64,000 nt of DNA from Magallana gigas (Eukaryota). This document shows, in pieces, positions 26,520 through 39,429 of the stretch. The position numbers and the translations under genes were made by a program. The stretch lies in contig NC_088856.1 in the NCBI RefSeq assembly GCF_963853765.1, positions 29,078,001 to 29,142,000 of the forward strand. Reading direction: 5' to 3'. Position 1 is the stretch's first letter, and each line of letters begins with the position of its first letter. The notes beneath the pieces are model-generated. The model did no database searches. It saw only the letters and a list, made by a program, of their open reading frames with translations, and had not been told where the DNA came from.

Positions 26520-27828
26520 GAAAATGAAATTAAGAGACAGTATGATGTAATGTGTACCGAAAAGGGAGGACATTTGCTCTTCATTTGCCAAGGACATTGA
26601 AGAAGCCAAGATGTTTCTAGACCGTGCTCATGAACAGTGGCTAAACTTTTTGAGGTTGAACATGCTCACAACACTGACAACATTGAGGTTGTGTCTGCTG
26701 AACTGAAACGCTCAATACGTATGTGACTAAAGCAAAATCGATGCTTTCCTCGGTCCTGGAAAGCGGGTTTTCAGCAGTACAATTTCAATTGCATACCCAA
26801 ATCCTTGACCAATTCAACCGTTTGGAATCTTTGAAAATATAGGTATTGACCGATTCGTACAGTTGTGAACCAAATCAGCCAAACACTTTAACCAAAACTA
26901 TGAAATTTGAAAATGTGACTTAAGCAATAGGGTCTAGGAATGTTTTAAATAGGATTTCTCTTTGTGGTAAATCTTTGATGGTAGAAGGCTTACCAAGTTC
27001 AAAGTTATGTCTGGCGAACGTGAGGTTAATGTCAGCAACCTTACAAAAGGTGTCTCATTGTCAAACTGAAAGTATTGTGTGTTTTGGATTATTTATTGAT
27101 AACAACCGAGTTATCTTTTCCAACGAAACAACAAATCGTTGGACATATATGATACTTCCACTAAAACTGCAGAATTGGTATACACACTCAGATGTGACTG
27201 TACACCATATGGCATTTGTTATGCATATATTATGAAGAGAATATATGTAACATTTGGAAACTTAGTTGTCCAGTACGAAATAAAAGGCCTGGGTACACAA
27301 TTTGTTGAAACTGAAAGAATTCAAGTTAAAAAAAATTGTGATGAGAATTGCAAAGGTCACAGACGGGTTCTTTACGGTCAACGAATTTTTAGTCTCGTTT
27401 CGTTGGAGAGATTTTTCAATTAATTCTGATCTACCATATGTCAAATTAGAAGAAAGACCTTTAATTTGTTCGTCATTTTGTGTTAAAAAGGGGGCATACT
27501 CCACAGAATGCAATGTCCTAGTCATGGACACTGCAGGAAAAGAGTTGTTGGAGTATTCTTGTCCCAGGAGTAAACCAAGTGGTGCATCTTTCAATTCGGA
27601 TGAAAATATTATTGTTTGTTTAAACTATGAATAGCTAAAACAAATAAGATTTGATGGAACGTCAAGCTGATTTATCAGGGAGTATGATTTATTGACAACC
27701 CCGAAAAATAGTATATCTTTCAACCAGAAGGTCACCTTTTGATTACATTTGAGAGTAAAGTTTGTTTTCCTCCTGGAAATTTTTTTGACGAGACAATAAT
27801 GTGTGTTTTTGAAGTTTTGACAAAGTAA
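26520..27828 (+). pseudogene. TRIM copy 3, 5'-truncated (no RING or B-boxes) with multiple stops and frameshifts
   Basis: Coiled-coil end (KREDICSSFAKDIEEAKMFLDRAHEQWL) and propeller fragments (ORFs 26975, 27139, 27302) align to copies 1 and 5. Confidence 0.8.
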
Positions 27829-28789
27829 TTCTTGCTATAGATCAGCAGATATACAAGTCATTTTTTTTTATTCTATGTGCGTTAAAATTGAAACGATGTA
27901 ATACATATATTTGCAAAGTAGCTTTTCACAAACACAGAATCAAGATCCGCTGATGTAAATGTTTTTAAGTGTGATATTGCTGTCCATAATTGATTAAAAC
28001 AATCTTTTATTTTTTACCTAGTTTTGGTCTTGTTTATAAATTTATTTTGTATTTTATGTAAAAGAGGTCGGCATCTTTTAAACAATCTTTGGCTTTTCCT
28101 AAAGCGTCTCCTCCTGGTGAAGCATAATGATGTGGTTACTATGACGTGGTTATAGAAACCTGTATTGTCACAAACTTAAGAAAAGGGGGAAAGTACAAAG
28201 CGATGATTTTTTTTAAAATTTTGCTGGAATTTATGTCAGCAAGTTTATAATATCTTTAACACATACATGTCCTCAAAATCAATGCTATATCTATATCTTG
28301 AGAAAAATTGTAATTGGTAAAAACCAGTTTTGCCTCGCGGCACAATGCACGACGTCAAACCTTTTTTGGCTATACGTCGTTGTAAAATCCTTGACATCGT
28401 TTACAATAAAATTTTGGAAAAAAAGGAAAAGGAGCAGATCCTTAAATCTTTGGCACTCTGCTCATGTCCCAAAATATATGTTAAATAATTTGCTTTAAAA
28501 TGTTTTAACATGGAATACGTATATTTTATTTACCGTACAAAATATGCATGATAAATCAGATATTGATGTAAATCACTGGATTTCGTGTTCTAGTTATTGA
28601 ATAACAATGGATACTTAGTCTAGTATTTCGATTTCTGGTTCTGATGATTTACTCCTTAATGGGTACACGAAAAAATTGCATGTAAGAAAGATTGATGTTT
28701 CTGGATATTTTTAAAATATGACAATGTACCTAAAAAAGAACAATGGTCTGTTATCCTTATTCCTGCTGATGATACGTACCCATAACATC

Positions 28790-28949
28790 GGAAAACTATT
28801 AATGACAAATACAGCTATTGGCACACTTTATATGACTGTTAATCTATGACGAAAGTAAAACAAATTCATTTGTTTCGCCAAATAGCGAGTTATTAATTAC
28901 ACAGTCTAAAAAGGAATCATTTCGTTGTCCAATATGTCAAATATGTCTC
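28790..28949 (+). pseudogene. TRIM stub: 5' UTR plus about the first 20 degenerate codons
   Basis: AAGGAATCATTTCGTTGTCCAATATGTC (KESFRCPIC) preceded by the TRIM leader motif AATCTATGACGAAAGT. The ATG is degraded to ATA at 28882. Confidence 0.7.
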
Positions 28950-30300
28950 ATCAGTTGATAAAGTATTTGAAGAGTATTCAGTACAGACCGTGTAATAGGT
29001 CAAAATTGCATTTTTGAATTAATGTAGAAATGATCTCACTTTTATTTCTTTGTTTGCTTACCATGTATATAAGATTAGATCCTTGCTCGAAATCAAGGAC
29101 TATGGCGAAATTAATGAGCATTGATTAATTCTAATTTTTTTTTAATGAGTAAATAGTCCCAACCTTAGCAATCAAAATACAAAATTGAAACAATTTTTTT
29201 AAAATTTAAATTAACAAAGTTACAGCTCCCACTTTGAGAATTATATAAGGAGTCCAAAGATAGTGGTCAAGAGACATAACTTTTGAAAAGCGTGAATTGA
29301 ACTATTTACATATAATTAAACATATTGAAACTAACATATCAAGCTGTTTTTCCCTGCTTGTTCTTTGAACATTATTTGTTATTAGGATTTTCTTATAAGT
29401 TTATAGGATCAACATCAATTGTATAATTTATAACTGTTGGATATCAAAGTAATACCATTTGATTAAGTCCAACCATTTTTCAAAGCATTTGCATATATAA
29501 GGTTAAATCAAAGTAATGAAAGTACTGGAAAGCGCAAAGCCGGGAAAAAAGTGTTTAATCATAGACAGTCTCTTCTGCGGTATATTTTATCATTAAATCT
29601 AATTAAGTCTCTAGCTCGCATTTTATCATACGTAAAAAGTAGCGTGTTCCAACATAATTTAATTTTAAGGGTGTTGTCATGGACGCCGATTCAAATGTCA
29701 CAACAGTATTTCATCTTAGGTCACGTCAAAACAGTACTGAGGAAAAATAATTTCCGATTTTTCCTTCGAATTTGGACCATTTCCACCTGCGACAAGGGAT
29801 AACCTTTTATGTAATGAAAAAGCATGTGTAAGTTGTCAGAATATTCAAGTTTTGTAATAATGCAAGATCATTTGAATTTTTTATGCATGGTTTTTTTTAG
29901 GGGAGGATGCATGAAAAGTTCTTGACTTGTGGTCATGTGCTTTTCAAGCACACGTGTAACTTCGACGTAACAAACTCTCACGCCATGATGGATGCACGTG
30001 TGTTTTTGCTAAGTTATTCCAATTATTGCTTAACACATAATACACAACCAAATGCATATAACACATATTTTCCCCGCGGGGCTGTAAAGGAAGCATATGG
30101 GCAATATGCCGTCTTATTTTGATTGTTGTATTCAAAATCGTGAAATTAAATCATTATTTTGAATAAGATCAAAAACTTAGTATTATCCTTTAAAATAGAT
30201 GTCAGTGCAATAAAATCGGGTAGTACATCACTGCCACATTGGTGCATTATCACGTGACAACTATAAATAGCTTACGTATATTCCTTAACATAAAATGAGA

Positions 30301-30595
30301 TAGAACAACACTACCCCGCGGTTACCAAAATAAAATAAACATACCAAGTGAAGGCAAAACATCTCAGTTTAATCAAAACCGCTGCTAGAATCCTATGTTT
30401 TTCCTTATTAAAAAGTAATTCATCCGGTTCTCGTAAAACCTTCCCAACTTTTATAAAGTTTGCACCGAAAACGGCAAATTGCATTAAAACAACACACAAC
30501 ATGTGATTCTAGCAGCACTTTTCAATTCAAGCATTGATCAAACTAACGATACGTATAAAATTTCAAGTTCAATATACACGGGGTAGTGTTGTTCT
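30301..30595. mobile_element. MITE with perfect 16-bp inverted ends, inside a roughly 1.8-kb insertion (29505-31345)
   Basis: TAGAACAACACTACCC ... GGGTAGTGTTGTTCTA. A related partial copy lies in the opposite orientation at 17290-17550. Confidence 0.65.
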
Positions 30596-31580
30596 AGCCG
30601 GATTTTTATATCGTAAACAACGACAGAGGAAAGCCTGGCCGAGAAATAAAAGCAAATTTACATACCTTTTAGCAAATGATTGATAAAACTAACATCTCCT
30701 CCAGTATTCTTATGTTCAATTCTCAATAAATCACACCACAATACTTTATTAGAGTTCTTAGATTAGTTATATTTTGAATATGTTTACAATGCTTTCCGAT
30801 CAAATTCACACGACATTCAACTTTTAGTAATGACGTCATCAATGTGTAAATCTACGTAATACAAACTAATTTCTGGCAAAAATTGTCTTCAGTATTTTTT
30901 ATTTGTTTTTGGTCTACGTTTCTTTGTTTATATATTTGAATATGCACATAAAAACGAAGATTTGTGATTTCACGGAATTACATGTAACTCAAATTCCATA
31001 TGCTTCCTTAACACCCCCGCGCCCCAAAAAATTCTAATTGGAAAGAAATCATCATCATGAATGTGGTATCTTTTGGAGCACCCACATCCGATATATAATA
31101 ATAATATTCATTAAATGAATTTATTCCAAATTTAATACTGATAGAACAAATGTATCTGCATGCAGGATAACTCGAAGATATGTTCTCCCTACTGCACAGT
31201 TATGAGTTCTCCCGAGTACGACTTCTCCAGGGTACGACTTCTCTTGCATCCGCCAGTAGGTGGCTGTATTTCGGAAATGCGAAATTGAAAGTGGAAGTAG
31301 GGTCAGAAATCTGGCGACAAAAAAGCGCTACAGCTATGCTTAGCGCTTTAAAAAGGAGTTGTGACAGCTGTTTTATTTGTAATTATTTTTGTTTGTTTGT
31401 TTGTTTTGGGGCATATTAGAGACAAATGATGTGAATACACTGTAATAAAATGAAAAATAAAATAATACAGGTTTTTGTCCACTTTGATTTTTTATCTAAA
31501 TATTGTTGATCTTCTGCATTTGCATTCACACTAATTTGATTGCCTCATTCCTTTTGAAAACACTGTTTATCCTGGATAAG

Positions 31581-32625
31581 CTATGTTTTCTCTTTTGAAT
31601 AAAAACGACTGTAATATAGTCCTGAAATTGGGTCTTTTTCTTCGATGATTTCAAGTTCTAACACTGACCTGTATGTTGTACTGGGAACTGCAAAGAGATA
31701 TTTAACAAATAACACATAAAATGAATCTCAATCCATCCGTCCATCTTCCTATCAAATAGATCGAAGAAAAAAAGTAAACGTACGTAAATTAAAGGCGACC
31801 GGAAGTTCTCTTAAGCGGGGAAACAATCCGACAGCATTTAGAAAATACTTGTACCCTTCCGGTCGTACCGAGCCGTTGCTGTTGTGTACACCTACATTTA
31901 TATATGAAATAAGATCAGAATATTTATCAATACAAATCATTAATTATTTTTTAAATTTTAAAGGCGAAGCTATGTTGGAGGGGACAAAGTCATGTGTATA
32001 AAACTACATCAGATGTTGGCAAAGTGGAACTTCTATTTTAGTAAAAATTATCAAAAACATGCCCCATTTCATCATAATAATGCTAGCATTGTTTTTTTGT
32101 TTTACTTATTTTACTTTTCATTCAGTCATTCATATTTTTCTTGAATTTTAAGCCCCCTTCCCCCACCCTCCCTGTGTATGCATTTGATCCCTACTCCTCT
32201 TCTTTCAGTTGTATATGACAACTTCCAGTGTACTGTATTTAATCATGCATGCAGTTATTTTCCAACTACTGTGACTTTGTGTCCTTGCTAACTCACATTG
32301 ATGGTCTCGTTTTTTGTGACGTTGAAAGAAATAACAAGTCAGGATCCCTGCCACAGCAGACGACAGCATTCCCAGCAGGAAGGCCAGCAACTCCTGTGTC
32401 GGATATAAGTCATATCATTAATAACCTCTATGATACATGTTTTAAGTGAAACGAAAGGTTGAGAACACTTTTACCAAGATCATTAAACCATTTCATTGTG
32501 GATGTTATGATGTACTACATGCATTACTGGTAACTGTTCGAGATTAAAATGTCAATAATTCATTGTAAATTAAACGTAATTAACTAACATAAAAATATGT
32601 AATGATTTCTTACCTCAGCTGCCAT
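31581..32625 (-). CDS. Uncharacterised 107-aa single-pass membrane protein, copy B; exons 32625-32614, 32393-32297, 31891-31784, 31687-31581
   Basis: Spliced product MAAEELLAFLLGMLSSAVAGILTCYFFQRHKKRDHQCVHNSNGSVRPEGYKYFLNAVGLFPRLRELPVAFNLLPSTTYRSVLELEIIEEKDPISGLYYSRFYSKEKT*. Exon sizes (12/97/108/107) are identical to copy A and all introns are GT-AG. Confidence 0.8.
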
Positions 32626-35239
32626 TCGATGCAAATACAGGAAGTAATATAAAACTAAGAAAAAAATAAACCCTAGCTATAGCTGATGAATACTTTCGAT
32701 ATAAAACAACATACGCATGTCCCGGTATTCATAAATCCACAGATGTCCGCTAACAGGATGTACAACTATGCTGATCATCAAAAAAAAAATAAAAAAAGAT
32801 TAAATATTTTCCGCGTTAACAATAGTTTACTTGGTTCCTGTATCTCGTTACAATTCGGCGAAAAGTATGGAATATTGCCTACGAACATTTTCCAGTGACT
32901 GGTTTTAATGAAAAGAATTATCGTTAACGATTCAAAAGAATTTTTGCAAGTCAACAGATAATGTAAATTATATAATCCTGTTTGTGCTGTCCATTTTACT
33001 TTGTATTTTGTAACATAATGATAATGAAACTTGATAATAAGGTCTCATGCGGGAACGATGTTTCACATCATCTGTTTGTAATATGGATGCATGTGGAAAA
33101 GCAAAAATCGCAGATACGGAATATGTCTGAAATCATTATAGGTCTCTTTTACGTAAATCATAAATTGAAGTTATTGTGTTTTGAAAAGCAGCGACAATAG
33201 ATAAAATAAATCTATTTAAAACAGGCATGGATTCACAAATACGTATTATTTCCCTTTTATCTCTGACGATCACCATATCAGCTTTCGATTTCTATTGTTT
33301 CGCTCATCCCCCCCATCACACACACACAGTCCATATAACTCTATTTATGCTTCACCGTATTCAGGTATCTTATTTGACCGAACACGTTAAATTGGTTAAA
33401 AATGTTTTAGAAACATTCTCAAAAAATATTTCGGATAACCACTGGTATTTTGTTAGTTGTTTTAGAAACTGATAAAAACGGGAACACGTCGTTACTTTTT
33501 TGGAGTAATATTGATTATCTAATATGCTGGATGTAGTGCGACCGATTTCTACAATATGAAGACATTATGCACTTTGTATGAACGACACTATACGTGTTCG
33601 ACGTGCACTCGAGGTTAGGTAGCCCTATTTGTGCAAAATAATACAGATACCTACCAGAGAAAAAAGAAGGTAGAATTTCTTTCAATATGTGCCCTAAAAT
33701 CCAAAAGGTGTTTAAGGTAGCTCATTACATATACATGTAGACTTAGAATTTTTAAGACATTACTTCACAAGGTGGCGATTCAAATGGTTTGTTAATTTGT
33801 TTGTATCAATCGGTTTGAATGAATATCATCATAACTCAGAGGTTAAAGTATCGGGCTTGGGAACCGCACATCAGTTTGAACCCGCTTGTCGCTTTTGTTT
33901 ATGTTATCTAAGTTTAATTTTTGAAAATATAACTTTTTTATCCAAAATTACACATTTTTTCGCCTATTTGACTAACAAACTTCTTATTCATCAACCAATC
34001 ATCATAATCATGTAATTTTCTGCTGATTTGAGAAATTATTTCAAGATGTAGTGAGTCATCTTAAATCTAATGAAAATACAATCTTGTACATATTTGTGTA
34101 TTAATTAACTAGATTGTTCGTTTTCATTCTGTTTTTTTTTTTAAAAAAGGATAATGACTTCAACATTATGTTTTAAATTATTTGTTAGGTGTAGTAAAAA
34201 AAAGAAAGCGCACATTTTCTCGTCGATTTTTGAAGAAGAAAATCTGTCCACAGCCGTCGCCCACAACAAAATTACTATGTTTCATGCAATATCACATGAT
34301 AAAGTTATAATGTGATTTTCATGGTGTGCGACGGCTGCGGACATAGTTTTCTATTTAAAAAAACTTCTAAAAATGTAGATACGTCTAAGTATTAAGACAA
34401 ACCATTTGTAGATTTTAATGTATAGGTGTTCTTATGTAAATAAATGTTACATTTCAATTTTTGTGATATTTTTAATATAATTTTTTTTTTTCAAAACAGG
34501 GCTAAATATGACTTAAACTTTATGGTTATGTATGTAGGATATTTAATAATAAGAAAACCTAGTAGGAAATATGTGAAGAAGTACATTTCTCACATGAAAG
34601 CTTTTGTTAAATCTAATGCTCTCTTTTCTTCTTTCTGTTGCAATCTTTAACAATACCTAAAAATCATTACATCAAAATTCTACTTCTATTAAAGTAACTA
34701 TTGGTTGCATACCTGGTCATAATATCCCCCTTTCCCAAAAAGAACATATTCGACTAATGAGGTCCAGCGTACTTAGTATCATTCGATTTCGCCTACAATA
34801 TAGCGCTCTTACAATTTAACATCAAACTTTTTAAATGTTATACAATATTTATTGTTAAAGTGAATTAAAAAACGCCATTTACACAATCACAATATTAAGA
34901 GAGCTTACATCATTAAAATCTTCAGATTTTGCAAATGATATAGAGGAAAGAACTTTGTATGCAATAAAAAAATTGATATTTTACTATTTGAACTACGTCC
35001 AACAAAAGAAATCCGATTAAAATTTTGTTCTAGAGGTAATATTAATAGTACCATAATATCAACTGCTTTATATACAGAATTCCATATATTCAGTATCCTG
35101 AATTTTTGACAAATCAGTGGTTACAGACATCATCTTAAAATCAGTACCTAGGTTTCGAAAATTATATTGCAACCTGTAACTATTTTTAGTACTTTCCGAA
35201 ACGGGTGTAGGCGAAATTATGGGGAAAGACGCTATACCT

Positions 35240-36560
35240 CTTTTACCATTATTATCAAAACCGATTTGGTTTGACTTTTCCTATAGCGTCACGATCATTT
35301 CTGTCAGCTACGTCATGCATAAATTATACACGCCGCCGGTGTGAAAACTATATGATTGGTTAACTCCTATTTTTAGGCCGAGTTAACAGTATACGCTTAT
35401 GCAATGCCAGAGCTGAAGGATTTCTCAGAACAGTTTATTTCCCCCCAATATTATTCATTCAAAATCGACTATCCCGTATGTTTAAATTCTGTGCTAAACT
35501 CTCTCTCTCTCTCTGTGTGTGTGTAAACGGGCGTTAAACCATAGCCTCAAGCTACGGTCCAGAGTACGGCGTTATAAAAAATATAATATTTAAAAGTTTC
35601 ATGTGCTAAGCGTTCATTTCATGTAAATACCGTAAATGTATAATGCACATGTATTACCTACTAACTTGCCAGTCAAAGTGATAGGTATGAATTCCTCGAT
35701 TTCTACACCTTTCGATCGGCAATCGACAGTCAATAAAAGTATTGAACGATGGTGTGAAAGAACGAGACGGAAGTGGAGAGTGCAAGGAGGTGTGTACATG
35801 TGCGTCTTCATTAGGCAAGTGTCCGATTCGTTTCTCTTCTGTTGCCCTATCACTTTTGGTGTAAATATATATACTAAAATATCCACAAACCATTTACTGC
35901 AGATTTCTTTATTTTACCTGTCTCTGAACCCCCGATCACCCGCCCCATACATGAACACTGGTTTGTTTACATGCATAAAAAATACAGTTCTTGATCCGCT
36001 TTCCGAGTACGGTTAAAGGTTGTTTAATAGGAGAAAGTTTGGGGCGGGTAAAGCTACAATTATTAACAGTAGTAAACTAAACTGCTAAATGAAGAATTAT
36101 TTAAATGGATTATTTGCACAAAATGTGGTATGGTATGATGTAAATATTTTTAAAAAATAGTGTTATTTTTATACGCGGCAAATTGCCGTAAAGTTTTTTT
36201 GTACATGTAAGTATTGTATGCACTGTAGCTTTATATTTTCTAACCCAAAATTTAAACACAGAGCTACAGCTATATATGTTATGTACCGTATGTATTGTTT
36301 AATCACAAGTGTACGAAAAATAGCCCAATTTCGACAGTCACGAGTACCCATGTGAATTTTTCATTCTCTGATATGTTGTTGTTCTGTCCGTGCATAATTT
36401 AGTCTTAGTTAACCAGCAGCCAATCAGCGGTAAGCTGAATCCACCAATAAAAAAACTGTGGTTAAGGTGCGGGTATTGTTTATGTATGACGTAGCTGAAA
36501 AAGTTAAACGCGACGCGATCGGAAAAGTCAAACCAAATCGGTTTTAGTAATATCTATGAA
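35240..36560. mobile_element. About 1.3-kb element bounded by long imperfect inverted repeats, just upstream of TRIM copy 4
   Basis: Perfect 25-bp inverted match at 35257-35281 and 36521-36545, plus TCAGCTACGTCAT at 35304-35316 and 36486-36498. Confidence 0.55.
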
Positions 36561-36801
36561 AACGTAGGCCTATTTAAAGAAATGACAATGATTAAGTAAT
36601 TTTCAAGGTAATTAACATTGCATACATTTGTATGTAATTATTTTCTCTTTTTGCTATAGATAAACGCTGTGAATTCCAATTGCATAACTTTTTAAAACTA
36701 TGACGAATATGGGGACTGGTAGGATCTCGTTTTCGTAAAACCGGAAACAACCATGTTTACGAATTTATTTCGAAAGTGAATATTTTCAACGGTTTCTACA
36801 A

Positions 36802-38781
36802 ATGGCTGAGTTAACAAGCACGCAGACGGACCAGGAATCGTTTCGTTGTCCAATATGTCTCGAGAGGTTAAATATTCCTCGATATTTGCCATGTTTACAC
36901 ACATTTTGTGAGGTATGCATTCAGACATACATATCAAGTACGGCAACCCGAGAGGAAAAAGGTGAATTCAATGTCATCAACTGTCCAGTGTGTAGACAAC
37001 AGATTAAGGAACCAGAAAAGGATATTTCTAGTGAAGATTGGGCGAAAAGTGTCCCGCTTAATAAGTGGATTTTGACCATGACAGCGAATTCAGAGACTGA
37101 TTCAGTAATCAATTGTTTGGTTTGCAAACGAAAGAATGAAACAGTCCTGGCAAATCACTGGTGTAAATCATGTGCAGAACCGATTTGTGATGAATGTAAA
37201 GATATTCATTCACGAATGCCGATTCTACAGAGTCATAAAATTGTCGAAATGAACAATACAGAGAAATGGAATGAAGCCATTGACATAGATGAGAACTGTG
37301 CCAGTCACAAAGGAAAAGTAGTTGATATTTTTTGCCGTGACCACGACAAATTATGCTGTTGTGTGTGTTTTGCGAACCAGCATAGGCGTTGTACAAATTT
37401 TGATTCAATTGATGAAATTGTAATGAACCTTGATAAAAGCAATACGACAGACAAACTCAAATCGCTATCAAGCCTCCAGGATTGCATTATGGAGCTACAG
37501 GAAAACAATAAGAAACAAACTGATGCTCTGGGTGCTTCAAAAGACGACATTTGTTCTTCATTTGCCAAGAAAATTGAAAAATCAAAGATGCTTATCGACC
37601 AAGCTCATGAGCAGTGGCGCAAACGTTTCGAGTTAGAACATGCTCAACACACAGACGATATTGAAGTCGTTTCTGATGAGCTGAAACGTTTTGGTACTAC
37701 AGTGACTGAAGCAAAAGCAATGCTTTCCTCTGTCCTAAAAAGTGGTTCTGACCGACAGATTTTCCTTGTGCATTGGAAATTGTGCTCTCAAATTAAGGAC
37801 CACTTCCATCGTTTGAAAGCGTTGAAAATTTGGAACTTAGCCGCATCTTACAGTTTCGAAACAAAACAGCTTGATAATATTACCGAGCCGATGCAATTTG
37901 AAGATATTACATTGTTAAAAAACCAATGTGATGCAATACGACGAATATCTGTAATCGATAATACTCTGTTGGATGGAATAGGTTTACCAAGTCCTAAACC
38001 GTGGTTAGTAACCAAGGACTTAATGAAAACAACCTTTCAAAAGATATCGGAATTTGAAACAGTAGGTATTGCGTATTTCGGCATATTCATTGATGAAGAA
38101 CGAGTTGTTATTTCAAACGAAAGAGAAAAATCATTGAAGGTTTATGATACTTCCATTATGGATGGAAAATTGGTATGTACCCATAAATGTGATGACATTC
38201 CATTTGACATGTGTTATGCATATGGCATGAACAACATATATATAGCATTCGGTCAATTCGTTGTACTGTATGAAATAAAGAATCGTGGTCTAGAATTCAC
38301 TGAACTTGCAAGAATTCCAGTTGAAGGAACTGTAATAGGAATTGCAAAAACATTAGACGGACTCTATACGGCCAATGATTCATCAACATCATTTCGATGG
38401 GACGATTTTTCGATCAAATCAAATCTACCGTATGCCAAAAAAGGAGATAAGCCTTTTATTTGTTCGTCATTTCGTGGTAAGGAGGTGGCATACATCAAAG
38501 ACCACAAAGTCATAGTCACCGATATTGCGGGAAAGAAATTGTCAGAATCCGTCTGTTCCTCGCAGGATCCCAGAGGTTTATCCTTTGACTCTGATAATAA
38601 CATTATTGTTTGTTCTAACTGTCAGCAAACAGAGCAAATAAAAAATGGTGGCAAACAAAGTCGAAATATAGATATAAGGTATCGTTCTTCATCTCCCTAT
38701 AACGTTGTATACCACCCAGAAGGTCATAATTTGTTATGTTTTTATCTTACCAAATATCTTTGCATATATCAGATCATGTAA
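36802..38781 (+). CDS. TRIM copy 4, intact 659-aa E3 ubiquitin ligase (RING, two B-boxes, coiled coil, NHL-like beta-propeller)
   Basis: C3HC4 RING CPIC..LPCLHTFCEVC..CPVC, B-box1 CLVC..CKSCAEPICDEC..H..H, B-box2 CASH..FCRDHDKLCCCVC..QH. C-terminal repeats such as PFDMCY and PRGLSFDSD. Single coding exon. Confidence 0.92.
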   Translation: MAELTSTQTDQESFRCPICLERLNIPRYLPCLHTFCEVCIQTYISSTATREEKGEFNVINCPVCRQQIKEPEKDISSEDWAKSVPLNKWILTMTANSETDSVINCLVCKRKNETVLANHWCKSCAEPICDECKDIHSRMPILQSHKIVEMNNTEKWNEAIDIDENCASHKGKVVDIFCRDHDKLCCCVCFANQHRRCTNFDSIDEIVMNLDKSNTTDKLKSLSSLQDCIMELQENNKKQTDALGASKDDICSSFAKKIEKSKMLIDQAHEQWRKRFELEHAQHTDDIEVVSDELKRFGTTVTEAKAMLSSVLKSGSDRQIFLVHWKLCSQIKDHFHRLKALKIWNLAASYSFETKQLDNITEPMQFEDITLLKNQCDAIRRISVIDNTLLDGIGLPSPKPWLVTKDLMKTTFQKISEFETVGIAYFGIFIDEERVVISNEREKSLKVYDTSIMDGKLVCTHKCDDIPFDMCYAYGMNNIYIAFGQFVVLYEIKNRGLEFTELARIPVEGTVIGIAKTLDGLYTANDSSTSFRWDDFSIKSNLPYAKKGDKPFICSSFRGKEVAYIKDHKVIVTDIAGKKLSESVCSSQDPRGLSFDSDNNIIVCSNCQQTEQIKNGGKQSRNIDIRYRSSSPYNVVYHPEGHNLLCFYLTKYLCIYQIM

Positions 38782-39263
38782 TAAGTATCATTGTCTGGAC
38801 TTACATGGTTGACTGTGGACTTGCTTACATGATTACATTACATCAAATATATAGTTCTCTATTCAATAAAAGAAATGATAAAACTTTGTTCTTATCTTCA
38901 AAACCATTCATGTACCTAACTTAAAATGCAAAAAGCGTGTCTGTGAGAATACAAATATCTACTGCAAATGAGATACAAAGAAGAAACATGAAAAAAAAAC
39001 GTCCCGAGTTTGCAATATAAGGTAACAATAAGTTTTTTTAGCTCTATGATAGATTGATGTTTTTGTTCTTGTTAAAAATGAAATTAAGTCTTGAAATCTA
39101 TAATGATATCCCTGACATCACAAACTCTTTAACTACATGGAATTCATGCAGTCATTATACATGTATTTTAATGATTAGTAATAATTTGAAAAAAAAAATC
39201 AAACCATACTACTAGGTATTTGTAGCTAATTTTGAAATAAAGAGATAATAGAGATTACTTAAG

Positions 39264-39429
39264 AAATAAAGTACGAGTTTTCGTGGATGTTGCAGAATAA
39301 CCTCCGAGGTCGAGAAATGTTGTTTTGAAATTTAAAAGCCGAGGCGTTAGCGGGGGCTTTTATATTTCAAACAACATTTCGAGACCGAGGAGGTTATCCT
39401 GAACATTCACGATAACAAGAACTTTATTT
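39264..39429. repeat. Long hairpin (about 75-bp arms), core of a non-autonomous element
   Basis: AAATAAAGT..ACCTCCGAGGTCGAGAAATGTTG..AAAAGCC, loop GAGGCGTTAGCGG, then the reverse arm ending ACTTTATTT. Confidence 0.7.
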
